A DNA stretch of 63,394 nucleotides, filler included, from Chiloscyllium plagiosum (lineage: Eukaryota): assembly GCF_004010195.1 (NCBI RefSeq). It is 4 parts of one record of this genome, joined end to end, with 100 filler letters (N's around TTAATTAATTAA, not from the genome) between each part and the next. Parts side by side here need not be neighbours in the genome. Positions count along the whole stretch, not along the records: positions 19,155 to 49,234 come from NC_057714.1; 3 more parts are not named here. One strand, written 5' to 3'. The position numbers and the translations under genes were made by a program. Positions 25,555-38,290 of the stretch are shown in pieces; positions within the stretch are counted from its first letter, which is position 1, and each line of letters begins with the position of its first letter. The notes beneath the pieces are model-generated. The model saw only the letters and a program-made list of their open reading frames with translations. It did no database searches and had not been told where the DNA came from.

Positions 25555-27665
25555 GTCATAGTCATAGAGTCATAGAGATGTACAGCATAGAAACAGACCC
25601 TTCGGTCCAACTCGTCCATGCTGACCAGATATCCCAACCCAATCTAGTCCCTCCTGCTAGCACTCAGCCCATATCCCTCCAAACCCCACCTATTCATATA
25701 TCCATCCAAATGCCTCTTAAATGTTGCAATTGTACACCTTTTCACCCTTTGTAAATCTAATCTTCAATTATCGGCAGTTTTAAAGAAAAAGAAATATTAA
25801 ATTAAAATTTGCTTTCTGGAACAGACAGTACTTGTCACTGTGCACATTCGTTCTCCCATATTTGCTATTTACGAAAATCACTTGTTTATGAGTTTTCGAG
25901 GAGCATCCCATCTGAAAAAGGCGGTACTTTACTGGATAAGGGGTTCTGTTTCAGGTTGGCAACCTGCAAGCAGCGGGTTTTCACTGAGATGCAACTGTTT
26001 ACAATATATTAATGTTTGGAGGAAGGAAACAAATGCACTGTAGCCAAATAGGCAGAAAGGCAGGTTGCGAGAAGGATACAAATTGTTTACAAAGAGGTAT
26101 TGCTAAGTTAAGTAAATGGGCAAAAAGNNNNNNNNNNNNNNNNNNNNNNNNNNNNNNNNNNNNNNNNNNNNNNNNNNNNNNNNNNNNNNNNNNNNNNNNN
26201 NNNNNNNNNNNNNNNNNNNNNNNNNNNNNNNNNNNNNNNNNNNNNNNNNNNNNNNNNNNNNNNNNNNNNNNNNNNNNNNNNNNNNNNNNNNNNNNNNNNN
26301 NNNNNNNNNNNNNNNNNNNNNNNNNNNNNNNNNNNNNNNNNNNNNNNNNNNNNNNNNNNNNNNNNNNNNNNNNNNNNNNNNNNNNNNNNNNNNNNNNNNN
26401 NNNNNNNNNNNNNNNNNNNNNNNNNNNNNNNNNNNNNNNNNNNNNNNNNNNNNNNNNNNNNNNNNNNNNNNNNNNNNNNNNNNNNNNNNNNNNNNNNNNN
26501 NNNNNNNNNNNNNNNNNNNNNNNNNNNNNNNNNNNNNNNNNNNNNNNNNNNNNNNNNNNNNNNNNNNNNNNNNNNNNNNNNNNNNNNNNNNNNNNNNNNN
26601 NNNNNNNNNNNNNNNNNNNNNNNNNNNTCCAAACTCTTCCTATTCATGTACCCATCCAAATGCCTCTTAAATGTTGCAATTGTACCAGCCTCCACCACTT
26701 CCTCTGGCAGCTCATTCCATACATGTACCACCCTCTGTGTGAAAAGGTTGCACCATAGGTCTCTTTTATATCTTTCCCCTCTCACCCTAAACCTATGCCC
26801 TCGAGCTCTGGACTCCCCGACCCCAGAGGGAAAAGACTTTGCCTCCTTACCCTATCCATGCCCCTCATAATTTTGTAAACCTCTGTAAAGTCACCCCTCA
26901 GCCTTCGCATAGAGTCATACAGCACAGAAACAGACTCTTTGGTCCAATCAGTCCATGCTGACAATAATCCCAACCTAATCCTACTTGCCTGCATTTGGCC
27001 CATATCCTTTCAAACCTTTCTTACTCATGTACTTATCCAAACATCTTTTAAATGTTGTAACTGTACCCACATCCACCACATCCTCAGGAAGTTCATTCCA
27101 CACACAAACCATTCCCTGTATAAAAAAATTGCCACTCATGTCCTTTTTAAATCTTTCTCTTCTTGCTTTAAACATATGCCCTCTGGAATTGAAATACCCC
27201 ACCGTAGGGAAAAGACACCTGTCATTCATCTTATCTATGAGGAGAAAGTGAGGTCTGCAGATGCTGGAGATCAAAGTTGAAACTTTATTGCTGGAACAGC
27301 ACAGCAGGTCAGGCAGCATCCAGGGAACAGGAGATTCGACGTTTCGGGCAGTCGAATCTCCTGTTCCCTGGATGCTGCCTGACCTGCTGTGCTGTTCCAG
27401 CAATAAAGTTTCAACCTTCATCTTATCTATACCTCTCATGATTTTAAAAACGTCTATCACGTCAGCCCTCATCCTCCTACGCTCCAGTGAGAAAAGTCCC
27501 AGCCTATCCAGCCCCATCCTATAACCAAACCTTCCATTCCCGGCAACAACTTGGTCAATCTTTTCTGAACGCTCTCCAGTTTGATAATATCCTTCCTGTG
27601 ACAGGGAGACCAGAACTGGACATAGTAATCCAAAAGAGGCCTCACCAACATCCTGTACAACCCCA
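25555..27665 (-). mobile_element. Cluster of HER1/CR1 3' ends (25555-25737, 26628-26905, 26908-27665) around a 500-N gap
   Basis: Repeated WNELPE(E/D)VV / FKRHLD motifs and GAGTCATA tails. N run at 26128-26627. Confidence 0.85.
27239..27416. mobile_element. Fold-back mini-PLE inserted in a LINE, 14-bp TSD
   Basis: Inverted repeat centred near 27345. TTCATCTTATCTAT at 27225-27238 and 27417-27430. Confidence 0.85.
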
Positions 27666-29814
27666 AATGTTAGTCTAATGGTGACCATTGTTGATTGTCT
27701 GTAAAAACCCATTTGGTTCACTAATGTCTTTGGGGAAGGAAATCTACTGTCCTTGTCTGGTCTGGTCTGATCTATAGGTGACTCCAGACCAACAGAAACA
27801 TGGCTGATTCTGAACTGCCCTCTGGGCAATAACTGCTAGTCTGGCCAGCAATACCTATATCCCTCATACAGTATCTTTTTGAAAATTAAACTTATCATTG
27901 GTCGAACAGCAGGGAAAACATGACTTCCAGATTGTGCTTTTTCTTTACTGTCATTTAAACCCCTCTCCCTGTTGAGAGACCATAGGAGTCTGTCTTATTT
28001 CTGAGAGCCCCATAGAGCTGAAGATCAAGTCCCTTTTGTTACAATCTGGCAGCGAGAGCACCCACACAGTGGCATCTTCTCCTTTAGATGATTTCATAAA
28101 TAGAGTCTTTTGATTGGCCTCTCAACCAGCAGAGAAACTTCCTTTAATCAACAGTCAGAGCCAAATCATCAAATTCCCAACTGGGCAATCCTATTATTGT
28201 TGAGGGGAGAATAGATGGGAGGGGTAGGATCTTTGTAGTGCTGTGCTACTGTCCCTATCTCTGAGCCAGAAGGTCTGGGTTCAATCCCCACCTGACAAAA
28301 ACAAACCAAAGAACTGCAAATGCTGGTAATCTGAAACAAGGGCACAAACTGCTGGAGAAACTCAACAGGTCTAGCAGTATCTGTGGAGAGGGAAAGCAGA
28401 GTTAACGTTTCTGGTCCAGTGACCATTTCTTCAGGAGGATCACTGGATCCAAAATGTTAACTCTACTTTCGCCCCACAGACCTGCTGACCTTCTCCAGAA
28501 ATTCCTGTTTTTGTTCCAATCCTCACCAGCTCCAGATGTGTCATAACAGGCTGATTTAAAATATCCGTACGGGATGGTTTAATTCTGTGTTTGAACATGC
28601 ACTGGTAGGAAGGAAAAAGACTGGTATTTTGGAATATAAGCTTAAGTAAGATGTTTGACATTTTAAAACATCCTAATTGTTCAAACTTAATTGTCCCCAA
28701 ACATCCTTCCTACAATTGATGAAATGTATTCGACTTTGATCTTTTACTATAAATTCTGTGTCCCATGTATCCTGCCACACCAGCTACCTGACGACAGGGT
28801 AGTGCTCCGAAATCTTGGATTTTCAAATACACTTTTAGCTCTAACCTGGTGTCGAGTGATTTTTGACTTTGTCCACCCCAGTCCAACACTGGCACCTCCA
28901 TTTCATATAATAGAAGAACCAAGATAGAATGGTCACAACAAACAGTCAGCCTATCATCTCAGATAAACTCATCGAAACCACACCCCCAACCTTTTCCCCC
29001 AATGCTGCAAATGTTCTCTTACCCATCCAATTTCCAGTGAATACCTTGACTGAATCTACCTCTCCAACATTCTCAGGCTCAAACAAAAGATTGTCTTCAC
29101 GTTGCCAGTGCATTTTATTGGCAAACAATTTAGATCTGATTTGTGCTCCTCCCACCAATGGGAACACAGTTCTTCCCCCTCTGGTCTGTCCAGAGCACTC
29201 GCGAATTTGATCACTTCGATCACTCCTCCCAATCTTCTCTTCAGCCCAGCATCTCCAATTCACATAAAAATCTGAAGTTTCTCTTCACTGAGAACATCCC
29301 GTCAACTCTTGCTTGCAGTTTCTCAAATGCCTTCGTACCTGTCCCGAAATGTATTATACTCCAGTCTGAAATCACATGACACCAGGTTATAATCCATCAG
29401 GTTTATTCAAAACCACAAGCTTTCAGAGCGCAGTCCCTTCCTCACACCTGATAAAGGAGCAGCGCTCCGAAAGCTTGTGATTTTAAATAAACCTGTCAGA
29501 CTATAACCTGATGTCGTGTGACTTCAGACTTTATCTATCCCAGTCCAACACTGGCACTTCCACATAATGCTACACTCCAGATGTGGTCACACTAGCCTTT
29601 TTGGAAAGGCCGAACCTAAATTTCTTCCTTTTGTGTACTACGGCTCCACTCATAAAAGTTCAATATCCCAAATGTTTTATGAACTACTTTGGAAAGATAT
29701 ACGGTTACTTCTCTGATTTGTGCATGTGTACCCCCAGCTCCCACCACCTGCACCCTCTCCTCTGGAATTAAATCCTTCTAATTTAGATCATCGTTCCACA
29801 GTCTTACTCTCAAA

Positions 29815-32800
29815 ATTAATAACTTCAGATATCTCTGTCTTGAAACGCATAAAAGTGGATAAATCCTCAGGACCTGATCAGGTGTATTTAGATAAATGCG
29901 AGGTGCTGCATTTTGAAAATGTTCAACTTGGGGCTCAGTTACCAGCGGTGCGCCGCAGGGATCAGTTTTGGGGCCACTGTTGTTTGTCATTTTTATAAAT
30001 GATCTAGATGTGGGCGTTGAAGGATGGGTTAGTAAATTTGCAGACGACACTAAGGTAGGCAGAGTTGTGGATAGTGCCAAAAGATGTTGCAGGTTACAGA
30101 GGGATCTGAATGGAGAAGTGGCAAATGGAATTTAATGCGGGAAAAGTGTGAGGTAATTCATTTCGGAAGAAATAACAGGAATGCAGAGTACTGGGCTAAT
30201 GGTAAAATTCTTGGCAGTGTAGATGAACAGAGGGATCTCGGTGTCCAGGTGCATAAATCCCTGAAAGTTGCCACCCGGATTGATAAGGTTGTTAAGAAGG
30301 CAGATGGTGTGTTGGCATTTATTGGTAGAGGGATTGGGCTCCAGAGCTTCAGCTGTACAAGACACTGGTGCAGCCGCACCTAGAGTATTGCATACAGTTC
30401 TGGTCACAGCATTATCGTAAGGATGTGGAAACTTTGGAAAGGGCTCAGAGGAGATTTGTTAGGATGTCGCCTGGTATGGAAGGAAAGTCGTACGAGGAAA
30501 GGCTGAGGGAACTATTTTCGTTGGAGAGAAAAAGATTGAGAGGTGACTTAATTGAGACGTATAAGATAATCAAAGGGTTAGATAGGGTGCACAGTGAGAG
30601 CATTTTTCCTTGGATGATGAAGGCTAACACAAGGAGACATAGCTTTAAATTGAGGGGTAATAGATTAGGACAGATATCGGGTAGTTTCTTTACTCAGAAT
30701 AGTAGGGGCGTGGAATGGCCTGCCTGCAACAGTAGTGGACTCGCTGACTTTGAGGGCATTTAAATGGGCATTGGACATATAGATAAGAATGGAATGGTAT
30801 AGGTTAGATGGGCATCAGAGTAATTTCACGGGTCAGTGCAACATCGAGGGCTGAAGAGCCTATACTGCGCTGTAACGTTCCACGTTCTATGTTGGAGGAT
30901 TTGAGCTGTAGGGAGAGGTTGAATAGGCTGGTGTTGTTTTCCCTGGAGCATTGGAGGCCAAGTGTTGACCTTATAAAGGCTTATAAAATCATGAGGGGCA
31001 TGGATAGGATAAATAGAGAAAAGCTTTTCCCTGGGTTGGGGGAATCCAGAACTAGAGGGCATAGGGGAAAGATATAAAAGTGACCTAAGGGGCAACTTTT
31101 TTACACAGAGGGTGGTACGTGTATGGAATGAACTGCCAGAGGAAGTGGTGGAGACTGGTACAATTGCAATATTTAAAAGACATCTGGATGGGTATATGAA
31201 TAGGAAAGGTTTGGAGGGATATGGGCATGTGGGACTAGTTTAGATTGGGATATCTGGTCGGCAAGGACGGGTTGGCCTGAAGGGTCTGTTTCTGTGCTGT
31301 ACATCTCTATGACTTGATGAGGTGTACCCAAGACCTCTGTGGAAGCTAGGGAAGTGATTGCTGGGCTTCTTGTTGAGATATTTGTAACATCGATAGTCAC
31401 AGGTGAGGTGCCGGAAGACTGAAGGTTGTCTAACGTGGTACCACTATTTAAGACAGGTGGTAAAGACAAGCCAGGGAATTATAGATCGGTGAGCCTGACA
31501 TCGTTGGAGGGCAAGTTGGTGGATGGAATCCTGAGGGACAGGATGTACATGTATTTGGAAAGGCAAGGTTTGATAGGGATAGTCAGCATGGCTTTGTGGG
31601 TGGGAAATCATGTCTCACAAACTTGATTGAGTTTTTTGAAGAAATAACAAAGAGGATTGATGAGGGCAGAGCAGTGGACGTGATCTTTATGGACTGCAGT
31701 AAGGTGTTCGACAAGGTTCCCCATGGGAGACTGGTTAGCAAGGTTAGATCTCATGGATTAAAGGGAGAACTGGCCATTTGGATACAGAACTAGCTCAAAG
31801 GTGGAAGACAGAGGGTCGTGTTGGAGGGTTGTTTTTCAGACTGGAAGCCTATGAACAGTGGAGTGCTACAAGGATTAGTATTGGGTCCACTACTTTCATT
31901 TATATAAATGATTTGGATGTGAGCTTAAGATTTATAGTTAGTAAGTTTGCTGATGACACCAAAATTGGAGGTGCAGTAGACAGCGAAGAAGGTAACTTCA
32001 CATTACAACGGGATCTTGATCAGATGGGCCAATGGGCTGAGAAGTGGCAGATGGAGTTTAATTTAGATAAAAATGAGGTGCTGCATTTTGGGAAAGCAAA
32101 TCTTAGCAGGACTTATACACTTAATGGTAAAGTCCTAGGGAGTGTTGCTGAACAAAGAGACCTTGGAGTGCAGGTTCATAGCTCCTTGAAAGTGGAGTCA
32201 CAGTTAGGCAGGATAGTGAAGAAGGTGTTTGGTATGCTTTCCTTTACTTGTCAGAGTATTGAGCATAGCAGTTGGGAGGCTGTACAGGACCATTGGTTAG
32301 GCCCCTGTTAGAATATTGCGTGCAATTCTGGTCTCCTTCCCATCAGAAAGATGTTATGAAACTTGAAAGGGTTCAGACAAGATTTACAAGGATGTTGCCA
32401 GGTTTGGAGAGTTGGAGCTAAAGGGAGAGGCTGAACAGGCTGGGGCTGTTTTCCCTGGAGCGTCGAAGGCTGAAGGGTGACCTTATAGAGGTTTATAAAA
32501 TCATGAGGGGTATGGATTGGATAAAAAGACAAAGTCTCCTCCCTGGGGTGGGGGAGTCCAGAACTAGAGGGCATAGGTTTAAAGTGAGAGAGGAAAGATA
32601 TAAAAGAGAACAAAGGGGCAACTTTTGCATGCAGAGGGTGGTGCATGTATGGAATGAGCTGCCAGAGGAAGTGGTGGAGGCTGGTACTATTGCAGCATTT
32701 AAAAGGCATCTGGATGGGTATATGAATAGAAGGGATTTAGAGGCATATGGGTCAAGTGCTGGCAAATGGGACTAGGTTGGGCTTTTGCCAGAAATGTCGA

Positions 32801-32935
32801 TTTTCCTGCTCCTCGGATGCTGCCTGACCTGCTGTGCTTTACCAGCATCACTCTAATCTAGCTTAGAATATCTGGTCGGCATGGATGTTAGACCAAAGGG
32901 TCTGTTTCATGCTGTTTCCACCTCTATGATTCTGC
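29815..32935 (+). mobile_element. Tandem mosaic of three CR1/HER1 LINE copies covering the RT domain to the 3' end
   Basis: KFADDTK at ~30035 and ~31945, KVFDKVPH, three separate 3' tails (~30890, ~31313, ~32930). Frameshifts throughout. Confidence 0.9.
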
Positions 32936-33504
32936 ATTCAATTTAATCTGCATGTTTCTGCCTATTCAGTGAGCCTGTCTGCACCCTCTTGAAGTTTATT
33001 ACTATGCTGCTCATTTCACCATGTGGTCATCGAGTCATAGAGATCAAAAGCCGTGAAAAAGACTCTTCATCTGTGCTGGTCAAAACCAATCACCTAACTA
33101 TTCTGATCTCATTTTTCCAGCACCTGGCTCATAGCCCTCTATGCTTTGATATTGCAATTGAACATCTGAATACTCCTGAAAGATTAGGTGGGTTTCTGTC
33201 TTACCACCTTTACAGGCAGTGAGCTCCTGACTCCCACAAGCCTCTGGGTGAAAAAGCTTTTCCTCACATCTCCTCTAAATGTTCTGCCTCTAAACATTCT
33301 TCCCCCTGGTCATTCATCCCTCCTTCAGGGGTAAGCTTTCTTCTTGTCTCCCCTGTCTCTTCACCACAAAATATTTCTATCTCAGTTATATAGTCCAAGC
33401 TCTACATCAGCTGTAAGCTTTGAATATTAGACTATCAAATTTAGAGTACTTGCCTCAATTACTCCACATGGCGATGAGGTCCACATTCACATCACTCTCC
33501 AGGT

Positions 33505-33972
33505 ACCACTCTTGGGATGGCAACTGCTCTGCCCAGGACCGTAAGAAACTACAGAGAGTTGTGAACACAGTCCAGTCCATCACACAAGCCAACCTTCCAT
33601 CCACTGACTCCACCTACACTCAGAAAGGCAGCCAACATCATCAAAGGCACCTCCTACCCTGGTCATAATCTCTTCCAAACTTTTCCATCAGACAAAAAAT
33701 ACAAACGATTGAACACACGTACCAACAGGTTCAAGAACAGGTTCTTTTCCGCTACTATTCAACTTTTAAATGGACCTCTGAAATTTCAAATTTCATGTTG
33801 ATCTTAGTTTTCATGCACTTCTCTGAAGCCATAACTCTGTATTCCCCGCTCTGATCAATCACCCAAAAATCTTTGTATGGCATGATCCGCCTGTTCTGCA
33901 TGCAAAACAAAACTTTTCTCTGTATCTAGGTACATGTGACAATAATAAATCAAATCAAATCAAATCAAATCA
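33505..33972 (+). mobile_element. Rex1/Babar-type LINE 3' end with (CAAAT)n tail
   Basis: WDGNCSAQDRKKLQRVVNT and RTNRFKNRFF motifs, then AATAAA and five CAAAT-like units. Confidence 0.75.
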
Positions 33973-34712
33973 GGTAAAGACGTTTCTTCTGAGTTTCCTC
34001 ATTTGACGTCTCTTCGAATCTTATCAGCCAGTGAATTTCACAGCATGTTCCTACTTTTATATCATCGACTCAGCTTTTGTTGGCCATCCAGTTACACGGC
34101 ACCTTATCAAGTCTGTGTGCATTAAATCAACCCCATACCCTCATCCAAATTGACACACATCATCAAAACTTAAGCAAATTGCTGAAAAACAGTTTGACTG
34201 TAACAAATTGCAGTTATTCCAAAGTTGCCCAAGTATCTATTCATTTTGTTTGAACTTTCATATCTAAAAGCTGACAAACCAGTAAGATTAAACAAACAAA
34301 GTTCTCAGGAAGGGTCATTCGACCCAAAACATAAACTCTGATTTCTTCTGCTGAGCTTCTCCAACAATTTCTGTTTTTGCTTCTGATTTCCAGCATCGTT
34401 GGTTCTTTCTGTTTTTAGATTAAACAAACTGACTGTCAGTTTCGGGGTTTATCTTTAACACCATCTTTTGAACAATGGTAAAACTTTTGTAATATTAATG
34501 GGGAGTCGATGGCTGAGAGGCATTATTAATCTGGAGACCCGGCGAATGCTTTGGGCACTGGGTTTGAATTCCATCTTGACATTTAGGGGAATTTGAATGC
34601 TATAAAATTAAACATCTAATGATGACCATGAAGCTATGTCAATTGTTAAGAAAATCCAATCTCATTTACTAATGTCCTTGAGGGAAGGAAACTGCCATCC
34701 TTACCTGGTCTG

Positions 34713-35223
34713 AGACAAAAAAAAACTGCAGATGCTGGAATCCAAAGTAGTCAGGCAGGTGGCTGGAAGAACACAGCAAGCCAGGCAGCATCAGGAGGGA
34801 CAGGCAGGAGGCTGGAAGAACACAGCAAGCCAGGCATCATCAGGAGGGACAGGCAGGAGGCTGGAAGAACACAGCAAGCCAGGCAGCATCAGGAGGGACC
34901 AGGCTGGAGGCTGGAAGAACACAGCAAGCCAGGCAGCATCAGGAGGGACAGGCAGGAGGCTGGAAGAACACAGCAAGCCAGGCAGCATCAGGAGGGACAG
35001 GCAGGAGGCTGGAAGAACACAGCAAGCCAGGCAGCATCAGGAGGGGGAGAAGTTGATGCTTTGAGTGCAACCCTTCTTACAGTTCTGAAGAAGAATTATA
35101 TCCGAAACGTTGACTTCTTCCCCTCCTGATGCTGCCTGGCTTGCTGTGTTCCTCCAGCCTCCTGCCTGTCCTTCCTGATGCTGCCTGGCTTGCTGCGTTC
35201 TTCCAGCCTCCTGCCCGTCTATT
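34713..35223. mobile_element. Fold-back PLE with an internal 49-bp tandem array (6 copies, ~34752-35046), inserted in a SINE with 16-bp TSD
   Basis: Unit CAGGCAGGAGGCTGGAAGAACACAGCAAGCCAGGCAGCATCAGGAGGGA, with two inverted copies at ~35123-35220. ATCCTTACCTGGT(C/T)TG at 34697-34712 and 35224-35239. Confidence 0.85.
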
Positions 35224-35909
35224 ATCCTTACCTGGTTTGGCCTACATGTGACTCGAGACCCACAGCAATGTGGTTGACACTCTTATATGTTAATGTCTGA
35301 CTTATATCTCAATATCTTCTGTAAGTCAAAATGGCGCAGGAGCATGGTGACATAAGATACTTTTCATTACTATATAAGTGACAATAAATAATTCAATTGA
35401 ACCGCGTTCTGGGTAATTAGGGATAGGTAATGAATGCTGGCCCAGCCAGTGATGCCCACACCCTATGAATGAAGTTTTTAAAAGTTCAGCATTTCTCTGC
35501 CATCATCCCTGTATCTGAGGAGGATTATGGACAGTGGCCCCAGAGTTTATTAATTTATTTCCTTTAACGCTCTCGTGACCATTTTATCTATTATTGGCAT
35601 CTTACCAACTTTAAGTGCAGCACTCTGAACCAATAGCATTTTTGAAATCAATCTTAAGCTATCCAGCATCCCAGCTACCTCCTCTTTGTGGCATCTGAGT
35701 AAGGCAGATGGAAGGTTTTGTTTTAATATTCCAGCAGTGCTCCATGCCTCCATCTTCCAATTGGCCACATTCCTCTTTCTAACACCCTTTTACTTGTTAC
35801 ATGCTGAAAAAGAACTTTCGCAATTCCCGTTTATGTTCGTTCCCAGTCTCAGGTTGTACACATGCTCACTGGGCTGGTAGGTTCGCTCTCAGACATTTCA
35901 TCACCATGG

Positions 35910-37060
35910 TAAAAACAATGACTGCAGATGCTGGAAACCAGATTCTGGATTAGTGGTGCTGGAAGAGCACAGCAGTTCAGGCAGCATCTGAGGAGCAGTA
36001 AAATCGACGTTTTGGGCAAAAGCCCTTCATCAGGAATAAAGGCAGTGAGCCTGAAGGGTGGAGAGATAAGCTAGAGGAGGGTGGGGGCGGGGAGAAAGTA
36101 GCATAGAGTACAATGGGTGAGTGGGGGAGGGGATGAAGGTGATAGGTCAGGGAGGAGGGTGGANNNNNNNNNNNNNNNNNNNNNNNNNNNNNNNNNNNNN
36201 NNNNNNNNNNNNNNNNNNNNNNNNNNNNNNNNNNNNNNNNNNNNCTTCAACTGGAACGTTGGGGGTGGGGTGCGGATAAGAGGGGCTGAGAAATAAACCA
36301 GAGGAGGGTGGAGCTGGGGGAAGGTAATTAGGAATGCGATAGGGAGATGAAGGTGGGGGTTGATGGCGATAGGCTGGAGTGGTGGGTGGAGCGGATGGGT
36401 GGGAAGGAAGAAGGACAGGTAGCATAGATCAAGAGGACGGTGCTGAGTTGGATCTGGGATAAGTTGGGGGAAGGGAAATGGAGAAACTGGTGAAATCAAC
36501 ATTGATTCTGTGTGGGTTAGAGGATCCCAAGGTGGAAGATGAGGCATTCTTCCTCCAAGCATCAAGTGGCTAGGATTTGGCGGTGAAAGAGGCCCAGGAC
36601 TTGCAAGTCCTTGGTGGAGTGGAAGGGAGAGTTGAAGTGTTCTGCCACAGGGCGGTGGGGTTGTGGCAACCACATGGAATCAATGCCAATTTCACCAGTT
36701 TCCTCATCTTCCCTCCCAGACCTTATCCCAGATCCAACCCTCCAACTTGGCACTGCCCTCTTGAACTGCCCTACCTGTCCATCTTCCTATCCACATATCC
36801 ACTCCACCCGCCGCTCCAAAATATCACCATCAGCCCCCACCTTCATCTACCTATTGCAATCCCAGCTACCTTTCCCCCAGCTCCACCGTCCTTTGATTTA
36901 TCTCTTAGCCCCTCTTGTGCACTCCCTACATTCCTGATGAAGAGGTTATGCTTGAAACGTCGACTCTCATGCTCCTCGGATGCTGCCTGACCGGCTGTGC
37001 TTTTCCACTGCCACACGTTTTGACTCTGATCTGCAGCATCTGCAGTGATCACTTTTTCCT
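35910..37060. mobile_element. Penelope-like composite in opposed orientations, with an 81-N gap (36164-36244)
   Basis: PLE termini at both ends. Hammerhead-like cores at 36004-36033 (-) and 36934-36963 (+). PVAEHFNSP remnant. Confidence 0.8.
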
Positions 37061-37409
37061 ATCTGGTCACTGTGTGCGGCTTTCCTGTAGACGCTGGTCT
37101 GCAGTTCTCATTCTACTGTGACATCCAGGAAGGGGTTCTATTATTGTTTTCTTGTTATTTCGTGGACTTTATACAGGGTAAGGTTAATGTTTATGTGCTT
37201 GTGGGTTTCTTCTAATTTGTTGTGTTTCATGATCACAAAGGTGTCATCCACATAGCGGACCCAAAGCCTGGTCTGGATTGTGATTGCCAGTCTCTTTTTA
37301 TATTCCCCCTTCTATTTCTCCCTCATTGTTTCTTCACTTCCCCCTCAAACCCTCTGTCATCTCAATTCTATTAACCACCTGAGCATTATTCTTTACCTTT
37401 CTCTTTTAT

Positions 37410-38290
37410 GTGGAGTCATAGAGTTGTGAAATCATCAAGACATGAAGCACAAAACAGACCCTTCGGTCCAACTTGTCCATGCCGACTAAACTTGTCCCAC
37501 TTGCCTGTCCTTGGCTCATAACCCTCCAAATATTTATTATTCATGTACTTATCTAAATGTCTTATAAATATTGCAACTACACCCGCATCCACCACTTCCA
37601 TGGAAGTTCATTCCACACATGAACCACTGTCTATGTAAAAGAAAAATGCCCCTCCTGTCTTTTTTAAACCTTTCTTCGCAAACCTTTCTTCTCTGGCCTT
37701 AAAATCTCCCACCCTGGGGGAAACATACCTGCCATTCACCTTGTCTATACCCTACTACCTATATTTCATTCATTAATTCTTTCATTATCCAGGGAGATCT
37801 GGATTTGATTGCCCTCTTTTTCCCATTGTCAGAACGGATCTCACCTGTACCACAATTATTTCCTCTCTAAAGACACAGTTCCAATTTTGCCCGACCAGTC
37901 TTTGTTTCCAGTTCAATGGACCAGATTGGTGTCATCTCACTAAAGTTGGCTCAATCTAATTAATTACTATTTTACTGTGGATTGCTCCACAGCTAACCTA
38001 AACCTAATAATACAATGATTACTGTCTCCTAAATGTTCCCATCTAATACTTAATTCACTTGATTTACCTCATCCCCAGAACCAGATTTAGATATCCTTCA
38101 TTCCTCAATGATCTGAAAACACATTTGTGTAGAAAAATCTCCTAAGCTTTCGAAATTCTTGCCCCTCTCTGTTCCTTACACTAAAACATCACCAATCTGC
38201 ATTCTCATTAAAGCTGTTCTATCATTCTCACACTTCTCTGTAATTCTTTGCAATTATTTTCTGCCGTATCATTCCCACCAAGTGATAAAA
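37410..38290 (-). mobile_element. HER1 3' end (37410-37750) and older decayed CR1 endonuclease-region fragment
   Basis: GAGTCATA tail and RHLDKYMN motif. Downstream part resembles the reverse complement of the 18500-19000 region. Confidence 0.6.

Noticed and set aside
26012..26785. Long ORFs containing X runs
   Set aside because: They are artefacts of reading through the 500-N gap.
29815..32935. Intact active LINE ORF2
   Set aside because: It is three separate truncated copies with stops and frameshifts.
34732..35064. Repetitive 110-aa ORF or CRISPR-like array
   Set aside because: It is a head-to-tail 49-bp tandem repeat of a PLE terminus, with no unique spacers and no cas genes, in vertebrate DNA.
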